DNA of 63,170 nucleotides, the filler included, from Reticulomyxa filosa (taxonomy: Eukaryota > Protista > Foraminifera): the NCBI GenBank assembly GCA_000512085.1. It is 21 parts of 21 records of this genome, joined end to end, with 100 filler letters (N's around TTAATTAATTAA, not from the genome) between each part and the next. Parts side by side here need not be neighbours in the genome. Positions count along the whole stretch, not along the records: positions 12,347 to 14,627 come from ASPP01038717.1; positions 14,728 to 16,109 come from ASPP01038770.1; positions 16,210 to 23,042 come from ASPP01019752.1; 18 more parts are not named here. One strand, written 5' to 3'. The notes beneath the pieces were generated by a model, which saw only the letters and a list, made by a program, of their open reading frames with translations, was not told where the DNA came from and ran no database searches. Positions 12,712-23,142 of this stretch are shown in pieces. Each line of letters begins with the position of its first letter. The stretch's first letter is position 1. A program made the translations under genes and the position numbers.

Positions 12712-13708
12712 AAGTACTCTTTTTCTATCCCCTCCCTCCCATTTTACAAAAAAAAAAAAAGGAGTCAAGTGTTTAATAAAGTACTTGCCATTGACAGTTT
12801 GAAAAGCCTCGATGATGACGACCATGAACGAGTACTTCATAATGATGCTCTTGCGCGCCCAAAAATATCCCCATTGTCTACACCACAGAAAAATGGTAAA
12901 CAGGACAATGACAATGTCCAGTCCTAAGTGCAACACCCCCGACAATTTTGTAGAGTAGCAAATGTAGCCAATAATGTGTCCCGGGTAGCATATACCCGCA
13001 TATATCCCTGCATGTATCACTGCTCTCCAAAATGCTATATATATATGTTTTTTTTTTGTTTTGTTTTGTGCACTGCGTTAATTCAACATACATATAATAC
13101 ATATACATTTTATATATGTATATGTATATATTGCTCATTTGTGATCATCGTTCCAAACCTCGGTCTGAAATGGTATTTTTTGTGAACAATGACAGAATCA
13201 AAATCATTTGTGTCGAAGGCAAGGTTGACAGCAAAGCACTTAGAAATGACACTGGCAGGTCCAATGACTTCAAAGCCAAACACACTGCAAATATTCCATA
13301 TACTACGCCTGTTAACAACACCAACAACAAGTACACTCGAATCACTTTCCCATACACGTGCAGAAACATCTCGTTCGCTTTGTCCGCGTTCCCTGCTATC
13401 AGGTGCGCTTCACGCTTGCGCAACCATACATACAGTCCACAACAGATTATTCCACACACTCCTGACAGTACCACTCCTTGCCAGCCATACGACGTTTTAT
13501 CTGTTTTGAAAAACATCCCGGTTTCAAACAGTTCTTGACACAAGGCCGTATCTGATAGGCCATTGCAACTTGTTATCATCTTTTTTTTTTAAAAAAAAAA
13601 AAAACAATTGACAAATATTTACTCGTAACTTGGGGAAAAAAAAAGACACGCAACAACAAATGTTTCTTGATTTAGAGTGACTCTTGAGCTGGATTCAATC
13701 CAAGACAT
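12347..13708 (-). CDS. Multi-pass (7TM-like) membrane protein, 3'-partial; resembles the TM module of GPCR-TKL-type proteins
   Basis: Multi-exon gene with ~7 hydrophobic helices. Contains WLRKREAHLIAGNADKANEMFLHVY after the first helix and YPFVFFWTVKADSEYWFG at the end of the last helix. Confidence 0.6.
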
Positions 13709-14171
13709 AATACAACGGCGATGAAATTTCCACAATTTTATTTTCATATAAACATCTAATTCAGAAACTAACACGATTTAAAACGTTATTTTAAAAACGT
13801 TTCTCGACGTAAACATGTCCAAAGAAACAAAATTTAAATTGTTCTGGCAAATCCTCGCCTTATGCAATTCAAAATATGATAAACTGCGTTCTCACATAGG
13901 ATTTCAAATGTGATTTTGTACCAAAAATTTTGCATATTTGGCCAAACCATTACTCTTGGCATTAAAAAAAACCAAAGTTTATTGACGAGTGAGTATCGTG
14001 ACACGTTTCTATTGTAATAAGTGTTTATACATATATTACAAGTGTGTAATTATATGTTGTTCTGTGCAAAAAAAAAAAAAGGGAAATACAAAAATCTGTA
14101 TTAGGCGAGCGGGCTAGCCTTTTGTCTCTCTTCCCCCCCCCCTTCTCGACCTCTGATAATCATATTTCATA

Positions 14172-14595
14172 ATGTCTAACGAAATAAGCGAAGAAACTCT
14201 TGCAAAAGTAGCAAAAATGAAAGAGCGAGTTGAAGCAGTAAGCAAAAAAACGAACCAAGCGTTTTCGTCTGTGTTTTTTATTGTTGCATAGTTGCGTTCT
14301 TCCTAAGCGAGATTTGTTTGCATAAAAAAACATAATGAATAAAAGACAATAACAGGTCGTTTCCAAGCGTCTAGCTCAAGACGATTACGGTATTGAATGT
14401 TGTATGTTTGTGTCATAAATTCTTTTAAAAGGGGAAAGAAAGAAAAATGTACCCCTTTTTTTTTGTGATGTGATGAATGCAACGTAAAAATGACAAGTAC
14501 GCAAAAAATGGAACAAAATCTCATTCGCTTGGAAACAAAAGGCTTAACAGAAGAAGAAAAGCGAGAAAAATATACTGACTACTTGTTAGCCGAGA
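14172..14595 (+). CDS. 5' exons of a possible NDR/LATS-family kinase (N-terminal regulatory region)
   Basis: MSNEISEETLAKVAKMKERVEA|VVSKRLAQDDY|...QKMEQNLIRLETKGLTEEEKREKYTDYLLAE resembles the NDR MOB-binding N-terminus. The kinase domain is not on this contig. Confidence 0.4.
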
Positions 14596-14735
14596 GTTGA
14601 GCATTGCAACAAAAACAAAAAAAAAAANNNNNNNNNNNNNNNNNNNNNNNNNNNNNNNNNNNNNNNNNNNNTTAATTAATTAANNNNNNNNNNNNNNNNN
14701 NNNNNNNNNNNNNNNNNNNNNNNNNNNCTTATTGA

Positions 14736-15390
14736 ATGTTCCAACTGATCCATATTTGCCGTGATGACGACAGCGACGACTATATGTTGTCTTGTCCGAC
14801 GGCGAGCAGGTCGTTGATGGATGTCTCCACGCAGTCCAATGACGTCGTCACTCGAAACGACATTGTATTCTTATTTGAGGCCAAAGATAAAAAAGAGTGC
14901 AAATATTTGGACGAATTGAATCAATGTTTGCAAAATACTCGCGAGGAAACTATTGCTCTCATTCACTCCAATCTTGAGCCTTCCTCCATTTTGGAGTCTC
15001 TACAATTCAAGGAAATCCTCATGAATTGTTCTTATCGCGTCGATCTGTGGAACTGGAAACTCGTCTATTCCATTCAAAGAGATGGCATTAGTACCGACTC
15101 AATCCTTTTAATCAAGGACAAACACAGTCATGTATTTGGAGCCTTTGTCGACGCTCCATGGATTAATTGCAAAGACAAATATCTTCGCGTTTACAAATCT
15201 TGTGGACTTCAAAACTTCTTCTTGCGCTCTGATATATCTTCCATCACTGTGGGCACGGGTGAATGTCCCTGCTCTGTACTTTGATGCTGATTTCAATTTG
15301 GGCAGAACTGTACAATTTAATAGTCCTCCGCTTACTTCTGTAAAATATTTTTTTATTTACTCTTTAGAAATTTTTGCTTTAAAACATTAG
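14736..15390 (+). pseudogene. TLDc-domain (OXR1/NCOA7-like) pseudogene
   Basis: WKLVYSIQRDGIS, LLIKD..SHVFGAF, ALYFDADFNLGRT and FNSPPLT..F.IYSLEIF are TLDc motifs. There is a frameshift near 15270, and expected blocks (after RDGIS; the G.GESF motif) are absent. Confidence 0.75.
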
Positions 15391-15666
15391 TCACAAATCT
15401 CGTTTATTGTTTGTGATGTTGCTGTCAACATTAATCCCCATCGTGCAAGTGTAAACACCTGACGGATTATCTCTTGTTTTTTTTATATTTTTATTTGTTC
15501 TTATTCTTTTATATTTTCATAAATATCAATTTTTTTTGCCTACTCGAAATTAATTTAGAATATAACTTTCACAATTCTGGTAAACAAAAAATTTGACATC
15601 TTTCTAAGTGAAGCAAAATTTGTTATTGATGCAATTTTTGAATAATTTTGAGATTTGCTTGACTAA

Positions 15667-15980
15667 AAAGAACTAGAATTTGCGAGGTATGGATAACCCA
15701 CCCGCAAATTCTGTTCAAAAAAACATTGGGACCCCGCAAGATCATCAGAACAGACCATTCTTCTCTAATGGCCTGGTAGCATGCTTAAATATATCTTTAA
15801 GCCTCTCCGACGATATGTTTCTTTATGAGACATATAATAGGATAGTAACTCCTTTGTTACTGCCTTTGGCAGGCCTAGTAAATAGGGGCGTTGCTTGCCT
15901 CCTTAGCTCTAGGTTCTGCTCGAGGTCGTAGCAGAGGAGGCCTAGGGGGCCGGCTTTAACGGACCCCTCCAAAGTTCTTT
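15667..15980. ncRNA. Candidate structured RNA or foldback element, family unknown
   Basis: GC-richer island with about ten consecutive stem-loops and complementary ends (AAAGAACT / AGTTCTTT). See findings. Confidence 0.4.
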
Positions 15981-16586
15981 AAAAAAAAATTGTAGTCATG
16001 TTCTCAAGTTCATGTTTATCCTTTCTCAAAAATGTAAACATCTTCGTTATTTGAAATGTTAATGTCTAATGATGTTCTTTAACTTTGACTTTCTCACTTT
16101 GACACCAATNNNNNNNNNNNNNNNNNNNNNNNNNNNNNNNNNNNNNNNNNNNNTTAATTAATTAANNNNNNNNNNNNNNNNNNNNNNNNNNNNNNNNNNN
16201 NNNNNNNNNCCGGGTTTTTAAAAACCCGGAATTCAAACCCTTTCGGTTCCAACCTTTGTGGTGGATATAGAACAACAGTTGCAAATTTGATCACGTTCCT
16301 ACTTCGATTGAATTCAATTTTGTTGGACAGGTTTTGATCATTCAATTTTCTTTTTTTTTTTTTTTACACATACAAGCAGTGCCTTTATACGAAAGCCATC
16401 TAGAACAAAGTGGTTATCTCACAAAAAGAAATACTAAAATTAGTTGGCAAGTATTTTGAAAGAAATGTCCACCAATCAAATTCAAACTATTTTTTTTTCG
16501 TTTTACACTTGACTTATCTCTCATATCAAAACAAAAAATGAATCCATTAAAAAAAAAATGTAGGATTCATTAAAGAGTAAAAGAAA

Positions 16587-17203
16587 ATGGATTCAAAACC
16601 AATAAATGACATTGTAGTAGATGAAAACAAAGAAAAAGAAGCGAAAATGCAGATAGATCGAAATAATTCTGAGGAAAATGATCACATAGTGACAATATCA
16701 GATATTATCGAACATGAAGTTCCATCAAAGCAATGGGAATTACCCAAAACAGAGAGAATTGATAAAACAACTTGTACACATTTATTTGATAAGGTAGATA
16801 AGGAATTTTATGATCAATGGTTTCAAATGCAAATGCGTCAAATGGATTTCATGGAAACCTGTTTACAAATATTTGGTTAGTTACTTGGTTATACTTTTTT
16901 ATTTTGTCATATAAAGTGTGTATGCTTAACGAGCTGTGTGCTTGAAATAGAAGATTTCAGTGCTTATAGACTCCAAATTGATGTTTGGAGCTATCAACTT
17001 CAAGTGTTGGTTCGTTATTTTTTTTTTTTATCTTCTTTTATTTTGGATGAAAAGAAATTATTAGTGGAAAATAGAACTATGAAACGGAGTACGCTATGAA
17101 AGGACTCAAAGAGTTATTTGATCGTGTGGAGGCCAAAATTGATCAATGTAATAATTTAACTCTTAATCATTGTTTTGACAATAACAAAGGAAGCTTATTG
17201 TAG
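16587..17203 (+). CDS. Hypothetical protein (3 exons), tail-to-tail with LIG4
   Basis: MDSKPINDIVV...CLQIF|EDFSAYRLQIDVWSYQLQVL|NYETEYAMKGLKELFDRVEAKIDQC...SLL*, joined in frame across GT-AG introns. Confidence 0.6.
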
Positions 17204-17396
17204 AATGTGTTTTGTTTAACAAAAGTATATTTGTTTGCTATTCAAAATATCTCACGTTAAATATTTTAAATTTTGGAAAAAAAAATGTTTAATTGGTTTA
17301 ATTTGAATTACCTCTTTTCTTTTTAGCTCTAAATGTAAATTAAATTAAAAAAAAAAATTTCACCTCCTTACCACATTTGAAGTACAATCAAAAATA

Positions 17397-20300
17397 TTAA
17401 AATAATGTCATTTTTTTTGGATGATAGTTATTCTCATCTAATGCTCGCATTTGAGAGATTGAATCACATATCCAACGATAAGAAATCTCATGAGGTGTGT
17501 GAATAAACCTTGAATCATCCATCATTTGTCGAATAATTTTGTGCATTTCAAGAATTCTATGTGCACTATCATAAACGATATGTGTGACATTCCAATCCAA
17601 ATACTCGCTGACCTTACCACCATATATTTCAATTTTCCGTTTAATGAGATGTAAGTATGACTCTCTGACATTGATACATTGATCTTGTAGATTTTTTGTC
17701 AAATATGAAGGAATGGGTCTGTAATAATCCAAATAAAACACAAATCTTTGAAAAATACGATATCTACTACTACATAAAACCATTTGCTCATCATCACTGA
17801 GTGTATCGACAATATGATCATCGTTTTCCTCTTCTTCACATTTAAGAAGATCTATTTTCGTGAAAATCGAGTTCAAAGTGTCAACTGTAGCATATTGCAA
17901 ATAGTGGTCACCAAATCTATCATAATCTTTTTGTAGATTCTTTTTTGTCTCTTGTGTGGAATGTAACAAATGTACTGGAGAAATATTGATCAAACACCCA
18001 TGCTTAATGCAGTCAAAGATATAATTTGGTCTTAAAATATCATAAACATTCGCACAGATAATTGATTTGACTTTTGGTGTAATTGTATCTGCAACAATCC
18101 ACTCTGTGCTTCGAAGTAGTGGATTGGCAGTAATGTGGCCTCCGTTTTCAGCAATAAGTTTTTCAATTTCAGTTTTGGAATCACCTGCCATAAGTACACA
18201 AAATTCTTTTTGTTGAAACAGGTTAGATTTAATTTCTACCGTTTCTTTATTTAAAGGTAAAAATTCGGCCATTACTGTCACTGTTTTTCTCATTCGTTTG
18301 CGTTGCCTCTGATTTTTTGAGTCATTATTACCGTTATCATTTTCTTTGTCATTGTCAATATCATTGTCATTTCCAATGTGCTGATTATGTGCACTTTCTT
18401 TACTATTTTTTACATTCGCTCGCATATCTTCCATACGGAGTAACATTTCATCCAACGTCATACATTCATACCACGGTTTGTCATAGCGAAATTTTTTGCA
18501 TCGTGGAAATCTCACCGTATATCCTGCCAAGAACTTAGTCTTATCCGATACTACAATTTCATTACCCAATAATTCCACAAGAATCGAATTCATCGGCTCA
18601 ATCCATACGTCCGGTACATCCGCTGGCGAAGGTATCCATCCCATCAAATGCTTAGCTTGCAATGGGGTTGACTTTTGCCAAGGTTTCCAATATGGAGATA
18701 AGCGCTCTTGCAGCTCTTTCAATTCTTTTAATTTGTACCCACTCCCAACTTTGCAAAACGTATAAAAATTTGATGGATGTTCACTCCCTTCACATTTTTC
18801 TGCACAAGCCAACAAAAAATGAGATATATTTCCCACTCGACGCTTTCCCTCACCAAAGTATCCCCCAACAATCAACAAGTCCATATGTGAGATCATGTTA
18901 TCAACATAGTCAGGCTTCAGCTTGACCCAATCATTTCCTCTTTTATTTGGATCATATTTTGACACCAAGTTTTTGATTACCACTCCTTCATGAGCATTTT
19001 GTAAAGAAATATCCAAGCAATCCATTATATTTTTTGTGTCCAGTGCACCTTGTTTCATTATTTGTACCTTTTCAAAAAAGTTGGGCTTGACGATGAATGC
19101 TGCATCCAACAGCTGCTTCCTGCGTTCTAATGCCAAGTCCATTACACATTCTCCATCTACCATTAGGATATCAAACGCCATAAAACATAAATGCGCATTT
19201 CCACTCTCAATTGCATCCATTTTGTTCACTCCATCTTCTTTTATTTCTTCCTCTTCGTCGCTGTCATTTTTGCTTTGACTTTTTTCTCGCATCGCTGTTG
19301 CGACTGTTCGATTGCTACATAGGCAAAAAAAAAAAATAAATAAATAAATAAAATTTTGTAGTCAGAAATCGCATAAAAAAAAGATACTATTTATTTTACT
19401 CCTTTTTTTTTTTTTTTGTTGTTGAATAAACTGTCCAAAAGCCACAAAAACTTGATTCTTTTCATCCCAAGCCATCATTTCTCCATCAATGATGCAAGAC
19501 TCACATAAAAAACATCCTTGAATTATTTCTTCAAATGCTTTTACATAACCATATTTCTTTTCTAAATCCACTGCATTTCGTGACCACAGCATAATCTTGT
19601 CATTTTTACGATAGTGTATCATTATCCTTTCACCATCAAACTTAACTTCCACACAAATATTTACTTTGTCTTTTTTCTCTTTGTTTTTCCCCCGCATTGC
19701 CTCAACCACATGGTGATAATCACGACGACTTGCAAGCCTTTGATTCAAGATCAAAGTTTTTTTTTTTTTTTTTCTCTTTTTGCAACGTATACATATTTAT
19801 TTGTAGCATACACTCAAACAACGTATAACCAAAGCATATAATTCTTTTTTTTTTTTTTTAGATAAGATATATATAAATAAGTGTTACTGTCTTTTAATCA
19901 AAGTAACATGGGCTTAATAGGTTGAAACAATTGAATAGAAGATGCAATGATACGTCCATTGGACAGAGGCCTAATCGCATTACTGTGGTCACTATATAGC
20001 TGACACACTTTTTCTAAAGAAGTGGTCATATTATACGTCTCCAAAGCATTGGGATGGAAGTTCTTCAGACACGATTCGTGTCGCACACCGCACCTCAAAT
20101 CACGCAAAATGATGCGCGACAGCCACATATGCTCGAGCGGACCGTAATGTAAAAGCATATTGCCAAACCATTGTACCTTTTCATTGGCGTCACTGCATGT
20201 CGTCAATTTGTTTAAGTCTTCATTCACTTCAAACAAAGTCTTTTTCCCTTTGAAACTACTGCGACGTTCGAGCACGTCTAGCAGCACCATAGAAAAATCA

Positions 20301-20704
20301 CCTACTTTGTTTCCTCCAAAGGTAGGGTTTTTGTATTTTTTCAACTTGTTTGCTGCTTCTGAGTCTTTCTGCAAAGGAATGGCTTTTACATAGAAAGATC
20401 CCATCATTTTTTCTTTGATTTGATAGGACTGCCGTTGCATATCCAAATGTGGCAACAGCAATCGCATGAAACAATAAAAATCCGATTTTACATTGTTCTT
20501 CAACTGACTTTTGAAAAAGTTACATAACATCTCTTTTTTTTGGCTTGCTTTCGATGTCTGACTCAATTTCGTCAGAAATTGGCAAAAGACAAAGAATGGA
20601 ATATTTTCAATTTCGGAGCGCGTGTTATGCATGGCTGACTCTTGTTTAGCAGAAAAGTTTGAAGTTATTGAAGCTGCTGATTTTTCATCTTTGTCGGCCA
20701 TCAT
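17397..20704 (-). CDS. LIG4: DNA ligase IV (NHEJ), 3 exons
   Basis: N-terminal DNA-binding domain (RLLLPHLD..R..Y..KE), motif I EVKFDGER, IIDGEM, AFDIL, EGVVIK, WVKLKPDY, DLLIVGGYFGEGKR and TVRFPR, then two C-terminal BRCT repeats. Introns near 19739-19907 and 19316-19431 keep frame. Confidence 0.96.
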
Positions 20705-21412
20705 GCGAAATTGTTCCAAAAAATTGAAAAAGAAATTTAAGATTACTGAAACAATCAAGATTGTCTGTAATTTTCCAAAAATTGAATAGAAACCCAAGGT
20801 CCCCTTGTTCAGTACTAACGGATACAACGTGGCTTTTGCTTTCAATAATTGAAAGACAAATTGTAGTTCATAAAAATACTCAAGTGTTTTAAGTAACATT
20901 TATCAATTGACATCAAACAAAACAATAGTTAAATGTTGCGCGGCTTGTTAAATCAAGTAGCAACATAACCCTTTGAATAAAATTTCTCTGCCAAAGCCTG
21001 AGATAAATATCAACAAATACTTATTTAAATTGCTTTCTTTTAAGGAATAGTTACTCAAAATAATTAAGTAATTTAAAAAAAGATAAAGAAAAATGGTGAC
21101 AACGCGAGGATGCGTATGACTATACATGTTGAACATAGAGGAAGGGATATAAGGATCAAGAAAACAAAAAAGAAAACCTTATGGAAAAGATGATAAAGTA
21201 ATTGATGAAATGTGAATGAATAATTAAAAAAGGATGGCAATAAGAGGGCCAGAGAGAGATAGAGAGAGAATAGATAGAGAGAGAGAGAGATAGACACACA
21301 AATAAACACAATACATATGACATTTTTGTGTGACAAAGAAGATAATAAGTTTTATTTTGTAATTGTTCTGAATTATATGTATGTATTGTAAAAAAAAAGT
21401 TGAAAGAAAATT

Positions 21413-22210
21413 TTATTTCTTTTTCTCTTTGTCAAAGGTGCTTCGTCCAACATCTAATTCTCCATTTTTCTGTATATGATAAAATAATGTTTAGATTTTT
21501 TTTTTTTTTTAAAAAAAAGTGTATATTTGTTAAGAAGAAACTTTAATTTTGTAGACATAAATGACGACAGAATTTCCTTGAATGGCCAACAAAACAAATG
21601 AAGGTTGGACATCACTGGCAATAGATGAATATGCACCAGTTGCTGATCCTGGATTAATTAAACACTTTCCGTCTACAGTTGCTACTGAAAATTGATGAGT
21701 GTGTCCACTGATCAATATGTCTACATCTAATTGGCGTTGAATGGCAGATAAAGATTCAGTGTCACCCCAAGGAACAACCTTTTTTATATTATTATTTATT
21801 ATTTGTTTATGCAATACAACAAATATATTAATATTTTTGATTAAAAAAAACAAACAAATAATACTTGATGGCCATGGATGATACCAATTTTAAAATTACC
21901 AATTTGTACTACTTTTTTTTCTGGTAAATTTGGATCCTTATCAAAATCACCTCTCACTTGATGATAATTCGGGGCTGTTCTTGTCAAATACTCTCGTATT
22001 TGTTTACTTCCAATATTTCCAGTGGCCAATACATGATGGATTTTGCCAGGTACCTTAATGTTTTATTGTTTTCCCTTTTTCAACTACAATACAATGTTTC
22101 TTTGTTTTTTTTCGTCATCTTACCAACAAATTTTTAAATTGTTCTGGTAAATCTCTTGATCTTGTTGGTACATGCAGATCACCCAAAACTAATGCTAATT
22201 GTGCTGCCAT
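21413..22210 (-). CDS. VPS29: Retromer subunit VPS29 (4 exons, complete)
   Basis: MAAQLALVLGDLHVP...PGKIHHVLATGN...VRGDFD...IHGHQ|VVPWGD...LDVDILISGHTH...INPGSATGAY...PSFVLL...|KNGELDVGRSTFDKEKKK*. Confidence 0.96.
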
Positions 22211-23042
22211 ATCTTCCTAACTAATATAATCCACTTACACAAAAACAAATCAGGTCAGTCCCCACAACATACGTTCACTTGCAAACAGTGGACTTCCGTG
22301 ATAAGTTATTTTTTGACTTTTATAAATAGAATGCTTGGTACTCATGATATCGGTTTGATAAAGGTAATTTTAATATAACCACATTCCAAAAGTATACCGT
22401 ACTTGAACACAAATTTTTTATTGTATAAATTAATTATTGGAATTTAACTTTCAGTTTATGGTTACAAAATCACTTCCTTTACTTTAATATTTAAACTCTT
22501 AACTTTTTTTGTGAGGTAGAAAAACAGTCTGAGACGGAGCCTTGTTTGCAAGTGAACGTATGTTGTGGGGACTGACCTGATTTGTTTTTGTGTAAGTGGA
22601 TTATATTAGTTAGGAAGATATGGCAGCACAATTAGCATTAGTTTTGGGTGATCTGCATGTACCAACAAGATCAAGAGATTTACCAGAACAATTTAAAAAT
22701 TTGTTGGTAAGATGACGAAAAAAAACAAAGAAACATTGTATTGTAGTTGAAAAAGGGAAAACAATAAAACATTAAGGTACCTGGCAAAATCCATCATGTA
22801 TTGGCCACTGGAAATATTGGAAGTAAACAAATACGAGAGTATTTGACAAGAACAGCCCCGAATTATCATCAAGTGAGAGGTGATTTTGATAAGGATCCAA
22901 ATTTACCAGAAAAAAAAGTAGTACAAATTGGTAATTTTAAAATTGGTATCATCCATGGCCATCAAGTATTATTTGTTTGTTTTTTTTAATCAAAAATATT
23001 AATATATTTGTTGTATTGCATAAACAAATAATAAATAATAAT
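21788..23042. repeat. 500-bp inverted repeat (arms 21788-22287 and 22543-23042, 255-bp spacer)
   Basis: Positions x and 44830-x are complementary at both arm ends and at the ATGs (22210/22620). No mismatch seen by eye. Confidence 0.93.
22620..23042 (+). CDS. VPS29: Second, inverted VPS29 copy (5' half, cut by contig end)
   Basis: Reverse complement of 21788-22210, including introns. The ORF track gives an identical peptide for 21841..22029(-) and 22801..22989(+). Confidence 0.8.
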
Positions 23043-23142
23043 NNNNNNNNNNNNNNNNNNNNNNNNNNNNNNNNNNNNNNNNNNNNTTAATTAATTAANN
23101 NNNNNNNNNNNNNNNNNNNNNNNNNNNNNNNNNNNNNNNNNN

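Noticed and set aside
15680-15931. 83-aa ORF over the hairpin island
   Set aside because: Non-ATG start and no recognisable motif. The hairpin content explains the composition better.
15900-15960. HDV-like ribozyme (minus strand GCC-UCCUC-UGCU)
   Set aside because: The P3 3' strand does not pair, and no P1/P2 nested pseudoknot could be built.
16210-16229. Perfect 20-bp palindrome CCGGGTTTTTAAAAACCCGG
   Set aside because: It sits at the extreme contig edge in sequence that looks homopolymer-inflated, so it is probably a low-quality read end.
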